Positions 19,975 to 28,570 of a stretch of DNA of 57,380 nucleotides are shown here, one piece after another (positions within the stretch are counted from its first letter, which is position 1; the number at the start of each line of letters is the position of its first letter). Source of the stretch: Candidatus Onthousia excrementipullorum (GTDB lineage Bacteria > Bacillota_I > Bacilli_A > RF39 > UBA660); contig DVHC01000043.1 of the NCBI GenBank assembly GCA_018712385.1, positions 1 through 57,380 of the forward strand, read 5' to 3'. Below the pieces are notes generated by a model, which was given only the letters and a program-made list of their open reading frames with translations, did not search any database and had not been told where the DNA came from. The translations under genes and the position numbers were made by a program.

Positions 19975-21072
19975 ATGAAAGAAAATGGAGGTCGTCTACT
20001 CGACAATTTAAAGTTGATAGTACTAGAGAATATTAAAGAGTTAGGAGAAAAAGTTAATAGTGATTTAAAGTTGATTAGAGGAGAAAAAACTAATTATATG
20101 ATAACTGTTAAGGAAGATAGATTTTCTAATGGTGAAGGTAAAGTAAAAATAGAAGATACGGTTAGAGATAAAGATATTTATATTATCTCTGATGTTGGTA
20201 ATTATGATACTACTTACAATATGCGAGGGATTGTTCATCATATGGGTCCAGATGAACATTTTCAGGATATAAAAAGAACAATACTGGCTTTATCTGGTTA
20301 TCAAGAAAAGATTACTTTAATAATGCCTTTGTTGTATCAAGCAAGACAACATAAAAGAAAAGGAAGAGAATCACTTGACTGTGCCCTTGCTCTGCAAGAA
20401 TTAGAACATTTAGGAGTTAATCATATAATTACTTTTGATGCCCATGATCCTAATGTCTCTAATGCTATTCCAAATCTTCCTTTTGAAAACTTTTATCCTA
20501 CAAATACTATTTTAGAAGATTTGTTACAGAATGAAGATTTAAAAGATATTTTAGTCATAAGTCCTGATATGGGAGCGATGGAGAGAGCAAGGTACTATGC
20601 AGAACTTTTAGATAGTGATGTGGGAGTTTTTTATAAAAGACGTGATTTATCTCGTGTTGTTAATGGTAAAAATCCAATAATTGAACATACTTATATGGGG
20701 AGTGATGTTAAAGATAAAGATGTTTTAGTAGTAGATGATATGATTGCATCCGGCTCATCTATGTTGGAAGTAGGGAAAATGTTAAAAGAAAAAGGAGCTA
20801 GGAAAGTATATTTTATTGCAACTTTCGCCTTATTTACAGAAGGAATAGAGGCTTTTGATAAAGCATATTTAGATGATACTTTTGATAAACTTTATACTAC
20901 TAATCTTTCTTATATACCAAAAGATTTTAAAGATAAGCCTTGGTTTCATACAGTAGACTGCTCAATGAATATTGCGAAAATAATTAATGCTTTACATAAT
21001 AAAGAATCTCTAACTCCTTTATTAAATGGTAAAGAAAAAATATTAAAGTTAAGAGGTGAGAAAACTTTATGA
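19975..21072 (+). CDS. prs: Ribose-phosphate pyrophosphokinase (PRPP synthetase), long form
   Basis: 365 aa. The PRPP-binding loop is VLVVDDMIASGSSM, and DAHD and SPDMGA motifs are present. Confidence 0.8.
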   Translation: MKENGGRLLDNLKLIVLENIKELGEKVNSDLKLIRGEKTNYMITVKEDRFSNGEGKVKIEDTVRDKDIYIISDVGNYDTTYNMRGIVHHMGPDEHFQDIKRTILALSGYQEKITLIMPLLYQARQHKRKGRESLDCALALQELEHLGVNHIITFDAHDPNVSNAIPNLPFENFYPTNTILEDLLQNEDLKDILVISPDMGAMERARYYAELLDSDVGVFYKRRDLSRVVNGKNPIIEHTYMGSDVKDKDVLVVDDMIASGSSMLEVGKMLKEKGARKVYFIATFALFTEGIEAFDKAYLDDTFDKLYTTNLSYIPKDFKDKPWFHTVDCSMNIAKIINALHNKESLTPLLNGKEKILKLRGEKTL

Positions 21073-21656
21073 AAATAGGAATCTTTGGGGGGAGTTTTAA
21101 TCCTCCCCATAAAATGCATAAGGAAATTGCTATAGAACTTATAAAAAAAGATTATGTAGATAAAGTTATCTTTGTACCAACTGGTAGTAAATATAAATAT
21201 AAAAATAATCTTTTAAGTGATAAAGTAAGATTTGAGATGCTTAAATTAATGTGTAATGATAATAATTTAGAAGTCAGTGATTATGAATTAAAAGATCATG
21301 TTGTCTATACTTATGAGACTCTAAATCACTTCAAAAATAAATATAAAGATGATGAGATATATTTTATATGTGGTAGTGATAATTTAAGTTATATAGATAA
21401 GTGGAAGAGGGGCGAAGATATTTTATCTAATAATAAATTATTAGTTATTAAAAGAAATACTGATGATATAAATGCTTTATTAGATAAATATAAAGACTAT
21501 AAAGATAATATTATTGTTACAGATATAAAAGAAAATGAAATATCTTCTACTAAAATTAGAGAAATGATATATAATAATAAAAGAGTGGGAAATTATTTAG
21601 ATAAAAGTGTTGATTTATATATTAGAGATAATAATTTATATAAGGGAGGAATTTAA
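21069..21656 (+). CDS. nadD: Nicotinate-nucleotide adenylyltransferase
   Basis: GIFGGSFNPPHKMH (HxGH-type motif) and ISSTKIR near the C-terminus. It overlaps prs by 4 nt. Confidence 0.9.
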   Translation: MKIGIFGGSFNPPHKMHKEIAIELIKKDYVDKVIFVPTGSKYKYKNNLLSDKVRFEMLKLMCNDNNLEVSDYELKDHVVYTYETLNHFKNKYKDDEIYFICGSDNLSYIDKWKRGEDILSNNKLLVIKRNTDDINALLDKYKDYKDNIIVTDIKENEISSTKIREMIYNNKRVGNYLDKSVDLYIRDNNLYKGGI

Positions 21657-22130
21657 GTGAACTTTAAAGAGATTATTCATATTTTACAATTAGGACAAAA
21701 AACTATTGCCACAATGGAAAGCTGTACTGGTGGTGGAGTAGTTAATGCTATTACTAATTGTGAGGGTGCAAGTGAAATATTGAAATTTAGTGCGGTAACT
21801 TACTCTAATGAATATAAAGTTAAGATGGGAGTTCCTAAAGATGTAATAGATAAATATACTGTCTATAGCATGGAAACAGCAATAGAGATGAGTAAAGCGA
21901 TTAGTGCTTTTGCAGATAGTAATTATGGTATAGGAATAACTGGTAAGCTTAATAGAAGTGATCCTAATAATCCATGTGGTGATGATAATACTGTTTATAT
22001 ATGTATTTATGATAGAGATAATAATAAATTTTATAAAGAAAAGATGACTGTTAATAAAGAAAGTCGTGCCTTAAATAAAGAGCATATTATAGATAAGATT
22101 ATAACAATGTTACTAGATATAATTAAGTAA
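21657..22130 (+). CDS. pncC: CinA C-terminal-domain protein / nicotinamide-nucleotide amidase
   Basis: 157 aa with a GTG start. The ATMESCTGGGVVNAITN motif is typical of CinA/PncC. Confidence 0.75.
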   Translation: MNFKEIIHILQLGQKTIATMESCTGGGVVNAITNCEGASEILKFSAVTYSNEYKVKMGVPKDVIDKYTVYSMETAIEMSKAISAFADSNYGIGITGKLNRSDPNNPCGDDNTVYICIYDRDNNKFYKEKMTVNKESRALNKEHIIDKIITMLLDIIK

Positions 22131-22180
22131 CATTTTTCTTAAAATTATGTTATAATCAAATTATGAAAAAGAGGTGTAGT

Positions 22181-23014
22181 ATGGAAAAAGTTTATAAGAG
22201 TGAAGAAGAGTTTTTAAAAGATTATAATGCTAAAGACTTTGAGCAGTTATCAATGACTGCTGATATCCTTTTAATTAGTGTATCTAGTGAAGAAGTTAAT
22301 AACTATCGTAAAAATAGTAAGAAGATGATGAGTATCCTTTTAGTTAAAAGAAGTGACTATCCTTTTAAAGGTAAATGGTGCCTACCTGGAGGATTTTTAG
22401 ATCCTAAGACGGAAACTTTAGAAGAGTGTGCAAAAAGAGTATTAAAAAGAGAAACTAATCTATCTAATATCTATTTAGAACAGTTATATACTTATGATGC
22501 TCTTGATAGAGATCCTAGAACAAGAGTAGTATCAACGGCTTTTATCGCTTTAGTAGATAAAAATAGATTAACAGAAATGATTAATCCTAATGCTTGTTGG
22601 TTTGATGTTATGTTAATAGAAGAAAAAGATAATATTGTAGATATTTCTTTAACTAATGGAGTAGAGAATATTAATCTATCAATTAAAAAGACTTTAAGAG
22701 AAAAGACAACTGATAGATATAGTTTTAAAGCGAGAAAAAATGTATTGGCTTTTGACCACGATATAGTCGTATTAGCAGGATTAGAACGTTTAAAAAATAA
22801 ATTAAATTATACTGATATTGTCTTTAATATGATGCCTGAATACTTTACATTAGGAGAGTTACAACAAGTTTATGAAGTAATACTTAATAAGAAGTTATTA
22901 GATCCAGCTTTTAGAAGAATTATTAAAGATAAAGTAGTTAAGACTAATAAAATGAGAACTGGAGAAGGACATAGACCATCAGTATTATTTAAGTATAGGA
23001 AGAAAAATGATTAA
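22181..23014 (+). CDS. nrtR: NrtR-family transcriptional regulator (Nudix-like N-terminal domain plus C-terminal winged helix)
   Basis: The Nudix box is degenerate (GGFLDPKTETLEECAKRVLKRETNL). The C-terminus has FTLGELQQVYEVIL...DPAFRRII. The start is ambiguous. ATG 22181 follows GAGGTG (22171-22176). ATG 22163 would be nearly leaderless behind TATAAT at 22151-22156. Confidence 0.8.
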   Translation: MEKVYKSEEEFLKDYNAKDFEQLSMTADILLISVSSEEVNNYRKNSKKMMSILLVKRSDYPFKGKWCLPGGFLDPKTETLEECAKRVLKRETNLSNIYLEQLYTYDALDRDPRTRVVSTAFIALVDKNRLTEMINPNACWFDVMLIEEKDNIVDISLTNGVENINLSIKKTLREKTTDRYSFKARKNVLAFDHDIVVLAGLERLKNKLNYTDIVFNMMPEYFTLGELQQVYEVILNKKLLDPAFRRIIKDKVVKTNKMRTGEGHRPSVLFKYRKKND

Positions 23015-23807
23015 GATAAGTAGAATAAGATTATTTGTTAATAATAACTTAAAGTCTAGGAAAATTGCCGATATTGTTAAATCTAAATTAAAAGATAATG
23101 GCTTTAAAATAGTTACTAAAAACTATGATTTAGGAATAGCGATTGGGGGAGATGGAGCATTTCTAAGGATGGTTAAAGAGAGTTCTTTTGATAGTAAATG
23201 TTACTATATTGGAATAAATACAGGTACTCTTGGTTTTGCCCAGGAAATAAGTTTTGATGAGATAGATACTTTTATTAAGAAACTTACTTTAGGAGAGTTA
23301 AAATGTGATAAAATTGGGATTGGAGAAATAGAAGTAGAAACTAAAGATGGGACTTTTAAACATTTTACTTTAAATGAGTTGGTGTTAAGAGAACAAGAAC
23401 TTAATACTTCTAAGTTTAAAGTCTTAATAAATGATGAACTATTAGAAAACTATGTAGGGGATGGCTTGTTAGTATCAACATCATTTGGTTCTACGGCTTA
23501 TAATCTTAGTTTTGGAGGTTCCATTGTCTATAATACTTTTCATACTTTACAACTTACACCTATCGCTCCATTAAACTCTAAAAGTTATAGAAGTCTTTTA
23601 AATTCTTTAATAGTTCCTGCTGATAAGATAATATCTATAAGACCAGAAGTAGTTAGTAAAAATGTTCTTATTAGTATAGATGGAGATAATTATAGATATA
23701 ATGATGTTATTAGAGTAGATACTTATATAAAAGATAAAGAGATTAAAGTACTTAGAATGAATGATTATGATATGATTAAAAAGATTAATGAGAAGTTTTT
23801 AAAATAA
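23007..23807 (+). CDS. nadK: NAD kinase
   Basis: 266 aa with the GGDGAFLR motif, NELVL and SFGSTAYNLS. Confidence 0.9.
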   Translation: MIKISRIRLFVNNNLKSRKIADIVKSKLKDNGFKIVTKNYDLGIAIGGDGAFLRMVKESSFDSKCYYIGINTGTLGFAQEISFDEIDTFIKKLTLGELKCDKIGIGEIEVETKDGTFKHFTLNELVLREQELNTSKFKVLINDELLENYVGDGLLVSTSFGSTAYNLSFGGSIVYNTFHTLQLTPIAPLNSKSYRSLLNSLIVPADKIISIRPEVVSKNVLISIDGDNYRYNDVIRVDTYIKDKEIKVLRMNDYDMIKKINEKFLK

Positions 23808-23812
23808 TTATA

Positions 23813-24550
23813 TTAGAGATATTTATGTATCTTAACAATATAATTATTTTTTTTAGTTTGTTTCACTTTACCAATATATTTAAATTTACCATACTTTCTA
23901 ATACTAAAGATATCTTCTTCTTTTAAGAGATATGAGGGATTAGTTAATACTTCATAGTTTAAAATAACTTCTTTATTCTTAAATTTGTCTTTTACTTTAT
24001 TTCTAGAAGTGTTAGTAATTTTAGATACTATAGTATCAATTCTTTCACTTTTAGTAGTTAGTTCTAATTCTTTAAACTTTCTTTTATAATCTTTTAGACT
24101 GTTGATATCTATTTCTTCTAGTTCAATGTAGATGTTCTTAATCTTATTGAAGTTAGTTAAAAAATAATCTTTCATAGACTCTAATAAATAAAAGTAATAG
24201 TTATTATCATTTATTATAATATCACCAAATAGTTCTTTGTCTATATTTAAAGAAAAGATACTACCTAAAATATCTTGATGTCTAAGAAAGTCTTTAGTTA
24301 TTATTTTAAATAATACTACTTTAGGTAATTTATCTTTATAAAGTATTACTTTTTCCGCTTCTATAAACGGCTTAAAGATATTAAACTCATCTTTTTTGCA
24401 GCGTTTTTTTACTTCTTTAACTTCATTTGGTTCTAAAAAGAAAGTGGGTTCACCTCTATTTAATCTATCTATATTTTTCTTATATAATAGGAAAGTTATC
24501 CTAAAAAACCGAAAAAATGTATTGACGAACGTATATTTTATATAGTACAC
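23813..24550 (-). CDS. YlmH-like RNA-binding protein with a C-terminal S4 domain; the 5' end is uncertain
   Basis: The S4-like segment is RIDTIVSKITNTSRNKVKDKFKNKEVILNYEV. The only available start is GTG at 24550, which lies 28 nt from the tnpB start on the other strand. Confidence 0.55.
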   Translation of the reverse strand: MYYIKYTFVNTFFRFFRITFLLYKKNIDRLNRGEPTFFLEPNEVKEVKKRCKKDEFNIFKPFIEAEKVILYKDKLPKVVLFKIITKDFLRHQDILGSIFSLNIDKELFGDIIINDNNYYFYLLESMKDYFLTNFNKIKNIYIELEEIDINSLKDYKRKFKELELTTKSERIDTIVSKITNTSRNKVKDKFKNKEVILNYEVLTNPSYLLKEEDIFSIRKYGKFKYIGKVKQTKKNNYIVKIHKYL

Positions 24551-24577
24551 TTAAGTTACTAAAGGAGGGTTCATCAT

Positions 24578-25726
24578 CTGAAAATATATAAAGCATATAA
24601 ATTTAGGTTATATCCAACAGATGAACAAAGAACATTAATACATAAGACTTTTGGATGTAGTCGTTTTGTTTATAATTATTATCTAAATTATCAAAAAGAA
24701 AATGGAGTACAGAAATCATTTGATTTATGTAAAGATTTAAAAGAATTAGAAAAAAGCCGCGAATATCTTAAAGAAGTAGATTCATGTGCCTTAAGATGCT
24801 CTATATTTGATTTAGAAGATGGTTTTAATAACTTCTTTGCTAAGAGAAGTGGATATCCTAAGTTTAAGAGTAAGTTTTCAAGACAATCTTATAGAACTAG
24901 TTGTATAAGAAGCAGATATAAAGATAAAGAATATAGTACTATAGAAGTAGATTTATTAACTAGAAATATAAAATTACCTAAACTAGGTAAAGTAAAAATA
25001 AGAGGATATAGAAATAAAGATAAAATAGATGGTAAAATATTAAATGCAACTATATCAAGAGAGTCTACAAATAAATACTATGTAAGTGTAGTTGTAGTAG
25101 AAGATATCTTAATAGAGAAAGTAACACCTACTACTATAGTAGGAATAGACTTAGGTATTAAGGATTTAGTTGTAACAAGTGATGGTATTAAATATGGTAA
25201 TGAGAAAATATTAATGAAATATGAAAAGAGATTAAAAAGATTACAAAGAAAGTTATCAAGACAAGTTAAAGGAAGTAAGAATTATTTAAAGACAAAGGAG
25301 AAGATAGCAAGGTTATATGCTAAAATAAAGAATTATAGAAAACATTATTTAAACGACATTGCTAATGAGATAGTTAATGAACATGACATTATAGTAACAG
25401 AGAGTCTATTGGTAAAAAATATGTTTAAAGACAAGAGAAAAGCATTTAATAAAAGTCTATCAGATGCTGCTGTTAGTACATTACGGTCTTTAATAGAATG
25501 GAAATGTAAGATAAAAGGAAAGATTTATTATAAGATAAATACTTATTATCCAAGTAGTCAGATATGTAGTCATTGTGGCTATAAGAATAGTAAGTTAAAA
25601 GCTTTAAGTATAAGAGAATATGATTGCCCTAAATGTGGTTTACATAATGATAGAGATATAAATGCGAGTTTAAACATATTATTTGAAGGATTAAAGTTAC
25701 ACTATAATTTAGAGAGTTTAGTTTAG
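24578..25726 (+). CDS. tnpB: IS200/IS605-family TnpB (IS1341-type, RNA-guided nuclease family); no tnpA partner is present
   Basis: The frame is open from 24563, and the ORF track lists only the ATG-initiated tail (25214-25726). GGAGGG (24564-24569), an 8-nt spacer and CTG (24578) give LKIYKAYKFRLYPTDEQ. The RuvC residues are present in GIDLGIKD, VTESL and NDRDINASLNI. The zinc finger is CSHC...CPKC. Confidence 0.85.
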   Translation: MKIYKAYKFRLYPTDEQRTLIHKTFGCSRFVYNYYLNYQKENGVQKSFDLCKDLKELEKSREYLKEVDSCALRCSIFDLEDGFNNFFAKRSGYPKFKSKFSRQSYRTSCIRSRYKDKEYSTIEVDLLTRNIKLPKLGKVKIRGYRNKDKIDGKILNATISRESTNKYYVSVVVVEDILIEKVTPTTIVGIDLGIKDLVVTSDGIKYGNEKILMKYEKRLKRLQRKLSRQVKGSKNYLKTKEKIARLYAKIKNYRKHYLNDIANEIVNEHDIIVTESLLVKNMFKDKRKAFNKSLSDAAVSTLRSLIEWKCKIKGKIYYKINTYYPSSQICSHCGYKNSKLKALSIREYDCPKCGLHNDRDINASLNILFEGLKLHYNLESLV

Positions 25727-25880
25727 ATAAAAGTTTTAGATAGACAAAAGTTTTAGATAGACAAAATAATGGTTTAATAGTAAAATCAAATTAGTACGGT
25801 AGCGACTATCGGAATTTAAGCCTATGGAGAATAGGGGTTACTCTATCTATGAAGTAGGAATCCTTGGAGGTAACGACAAG
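25727..25880 (+). ncRNA. Candidate TnpB-associated omega/right-end RNA scaffold region
   Basis: This structured, relatively GC-rich tail lies immediately 3' of tnpB. It contains the CCTATggagaATAGG hairpin and GGTTAC...GTAAC pairing. In this family the guide RNA derives from the tnpB 3' end plus the right end. The boundaries were not determined. Confidence 0.4.
25729..25762 (+). repeat. Tandem 17-bp repeat (two full copies plus a partial copy overlapping the tnpB stop)
   Basis: AAAAGTTTTAGATAGAC occurs twice in tandem. It is preceded by GTTTAGATA. Confidence 0.8.
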
Positions 25881-26011
25881 GTAAAAACAAACTTGTTTGT
25901 TTTATTTGTTCATGTTGTACATAGTATCCCTTCTTAATTGTTTATTATTTTATCATATATTTCATTTTTTGAAAATTTAGTGTAAAATAAAGTTGTAAAG
26001 GTAGTGATAGT

Positions 26012-27391
26012 ATGTATGATGTAATAGTAGTAGGAGCAGGTCCAGCAGGACTTTTCGCATCCCTTAACCTTGCTCGTAATAGTAAGTTAAAAGTACTACT
26101 TGTAGATGAAGGCAAGTTTAGTGAAAAACGTGTTTGTCCTATGAACTCTAAAGGAACAGCTTGTGTTAACTGTAATCCTTGTAATATTTTATCAGGATAT
26201 GGAGGAGCGGGGACTTTCTCTGATGGGAAACTTAACTTTATTCCTAAATTAGGTAAAACAGATTTATTTAAGTATATGGAGAAAAGTGATGCTTATAAAT
26301 TAATTGATGAAGTGGAGACTATCTTTAATGAGTTTCATATGGATAGTGATACTTATCCTAGTAATATGGATGAAGCTTTAAAATTAGATGAGAAAATTGC
26401 CAAGGCCGGAGCGAATCTTTTGATTATTAAACAAAAACATTTAGGAAGTGATTATCTACCTAAATATATAGAAGATATGGAGAAGACTTTAAAAGATTTA
26501 GGTGTTACTTTACTTGATAATTTTAAATGTAGTGATATAAAAAAAGAAAAAGATTATTATATCGTATCATCTAAAGATGGAGAATATAAAACGAAAAATG
26601 TTATTGTCGCTCCTGGTAGAACAGGTGCTAAGTGGGTGCAGGAGTTAGCCGATAAATACAATATTCCATATACATCGCAAAGTATAGAAATAGGGGTTAG
26701 AGTAGAAGTTAGAAAAGAGATACTAAAAGAAATAACAGATGTTATTTATGACCCTACAATCTTTATCAAGACTAAGACTTATGATGATGAGATTAGAACA
26801 TTTTGTACTAATCCTGGGGGTTTTGTAGCGAAAGAGAATTATTATGGCTATATATGTGTAAATGGACATGCCTTAAAAGATGTAAAGTCTGCTAATTCTA
26901 ACTTTGCTTTTATCTCAAAGGTTAACTTGACAGAACCAGTTACTAATACTAGAGAATATGGTGAATCTATTGCAAAGCTTGCTAATACTCTTGGTGGTGG
27001 TAAACCTATTTTACAGACTCTTAAAGATTTAAGAAGAGGAAGGCGTAGTACTAAAGAGAGGATTAGAAAAAATTATGTAGAACCAACCCTTAAAGACTAT
27101 ACGGCAGGAGATTTAGCTTTGGCACTTCCTCATAGAATTATTACTAACATCTTAGAAGGGCTTGAAACATTAGATAAAATAATACCTGGTGTTAATAATG
27201 GTGAGACACTTCTATATGGACCAGAGATTAAATTCTTTAGTAACGAGATTACTACTGATAATAATATGAAAATTAATAATGAAAATATTTACTTTGTAGG
27301 TGATGGAGCGGGTAAAGCTGGTAATATTGTCGCTGCCGCTGCGACTGGTTTAATTGCCTCAAAAAATATAATTGAAAGGATGGAAAAATGA
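26012..27391 (+). CDS. FAD-dependent oxidoreductase (uncharacterised NAD(FAD)-utilising dehydrogenase type)
   Basis: The N-terminal dinucleotide fold is YDVIVVGAGPAGLFAS. A C-terminal GDGAG motif is present. Confidence 0.7.
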   Translation: MYDVIVVGAGPAGLFASLNLARNSKLKVLLVDEGKFSEKRVCPMNSKGTACVNCNPCNILSGYGGAGTFSDGKLNFIPKLGKTDLFKYMEKSDAYKLIDEVETIFNEFHMDSDTYPSNMDEALKLDEKIAKAGANLLIIKQKHLGSDYLPKYIEDMEKTLKDLGVTLLDNFKCSDIKKEKDYYIVSSKDGEYKTKNVIVAPGRTGAKWVQELADKYNIPYTSQSIEIGVRVEVRKEILKEITDVIYDPTIFIKTKTYDDEIRTFCTNPGGFVAKENYYGYICVNGHALKDVKSANSNFAFISKVNLTEPVTNTREYGESIAKLANTLGGGKPILQTLKDLRRGRRSTKERIRKNYVEPTLKDYTAGDLALALPHRIITNILEGLETLDKIIPGVNNGETLLYGPEIKFFSNEITTDNNMKINNENIYFVGDGAGKAGNIVAAAATGLIASKNIIERMEK

Positions 27392-27738
27392 AAGAGTATA
27401 TGAAGGAATATATAAAAGATATTGATGATAAAATTAAAGCTAATCATAAATTTAGTAAGGAAGAAATAGATGATTTTCTATTTAAGATGGAGTTATTTCA
27501 AAAAGAAAGAGTTATACATTTGGTAATAACATTAACTTATGTTTTCTTTACCATACTTTTCTTATTTTTAACAGAGTATATATTTATGATGTTTATAGTA
27601 TTCTTTATTCTTTTAATCTTTGATTTGTGCTATGTTTATCATTATTTCTTTTTAGAAAATAGTGTCCAATATATGTATAAACAGTATGATAAAATGAAAA
27701 ATAGTAGTATAATTAGAAAGAATAGAAAAGAGGGATAA
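27388..27738 (+). CDS. Small membrane protein of unknown function
   Basis: 116 aa with two hydrophobic helices. It is translationally coupled to the neighbouring genes. Confidence 0.5.
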   Translation: MKEYMKEYIKDIDDKIKANHKFSKEEIDDFLFKMELFQKERVIHLVITLTYVFFTILFLFLTEYIFMMFIVFFILLIFDLCYVYHYFFLENSVQYMYKQYDKMKNSSIIRKNRKEG

Positions 27739-27739
27739 T

Positions 27740-28528
27740 ATGAATTTACAAGGAAAAATTGCTGTAGTAACTGGTGGTGCGATGGGTAATGGTAAAGGAA
27801 TAGTAGAATCATTACTTAAAGCAGGTGCCTCTGTTGTTATTTTAGATAAGTCGAGTGAATTAACTAATACGGTTAATGAATTAGGTTCAAAAGGCTATAA
27901 AGTCTTAGGTATTAATGTTGATATTAGTAATAAGAACTTATTAGTCCAAGTTGTTGATATAATAAAAAAATACTATGATCATGTTGATATCTTAGTAAAT
28001 AATGCTGGTATTTGTAAATTAGAAACATTTGAAAATATGACTGATGAGTTGCGTGACTTACATTTTGATATTAATATTAAAGGAACATGGAATGTTACTA
28101 AAGTATTACTTCCTATGTTAAGAGCAAGTGGAAAAGCAAGTATTATTAATTTATCTAGTGTAACTGGAGAAATGGTTGCAGACTCTGGAGAGGTTGCTTA
28201 TGCAACTACAAAGGCTGCACTTATTGGTTTTACTAAAGCTTTAGCTCGTGAAGAAGTAAATCATAATATTAGAGTAAATGCTATTTTACCTGGTTATATT
28301 AGAACACCTATGGTTGAATCTATGGCAAAAGAAACTAATCCAAGTGACCCAGAAAGTGTTATAACTGGTATTGCCCAAAGTATTCCTATGAAAAGATTAG
28401 GAGACCCTAGTGAGTTAGGAGAACTTGCATGTTTTCTTGCCAGTGATGCTTCTAGTTATATAACAGGTACGTCTATTGTAATAGATGGTGGTTCTACTTT
28501 ACCTGAAACTGTTACGATGGGCGTTTAA
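27740..28528 (+). CDS. Short-chain dehydrogenase/reductase (SDR) family oxidoreductase
   Basis: TGGAMGNGKG cofactor motif, NNAG, and the catalytic YATTKAA. Confidence 0.85.
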   Translation: MNLQGKIAVVTGGAMGNGKGIVESLLKAGASVVILDKSSELTNTVNELGSKGYKVLGINVDISNKNLLVQVVDIIKKYYDHVDILVNNAGICKLETFENMTDELRDLHFDINIKGTWNVTKVLLPMLRASGKASIINLSSVTGEMVADSGEVAYATTKAALIGFTKALAREEVNHNIRVNAILPGYIRTPMVESMAKETNPSDPESVITGIAQSIPMKRLGDPSELGELACFLASDASSYITGTSIVIDGGSTLPETVTMGV

Positions 28529-28530
28529 TA

Positions 28531-28570
28531 AAAAAGACTGCAATGATTAAATTTTCATTACAGTCTTTTT
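28531..28570 (+). terminator. Intrinsic terminator after the SDR gene
   Basis: AAGACTGCAATGA...TCATTACAGTCTT hairpin followed by a T-run. Confidence 0.8.
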
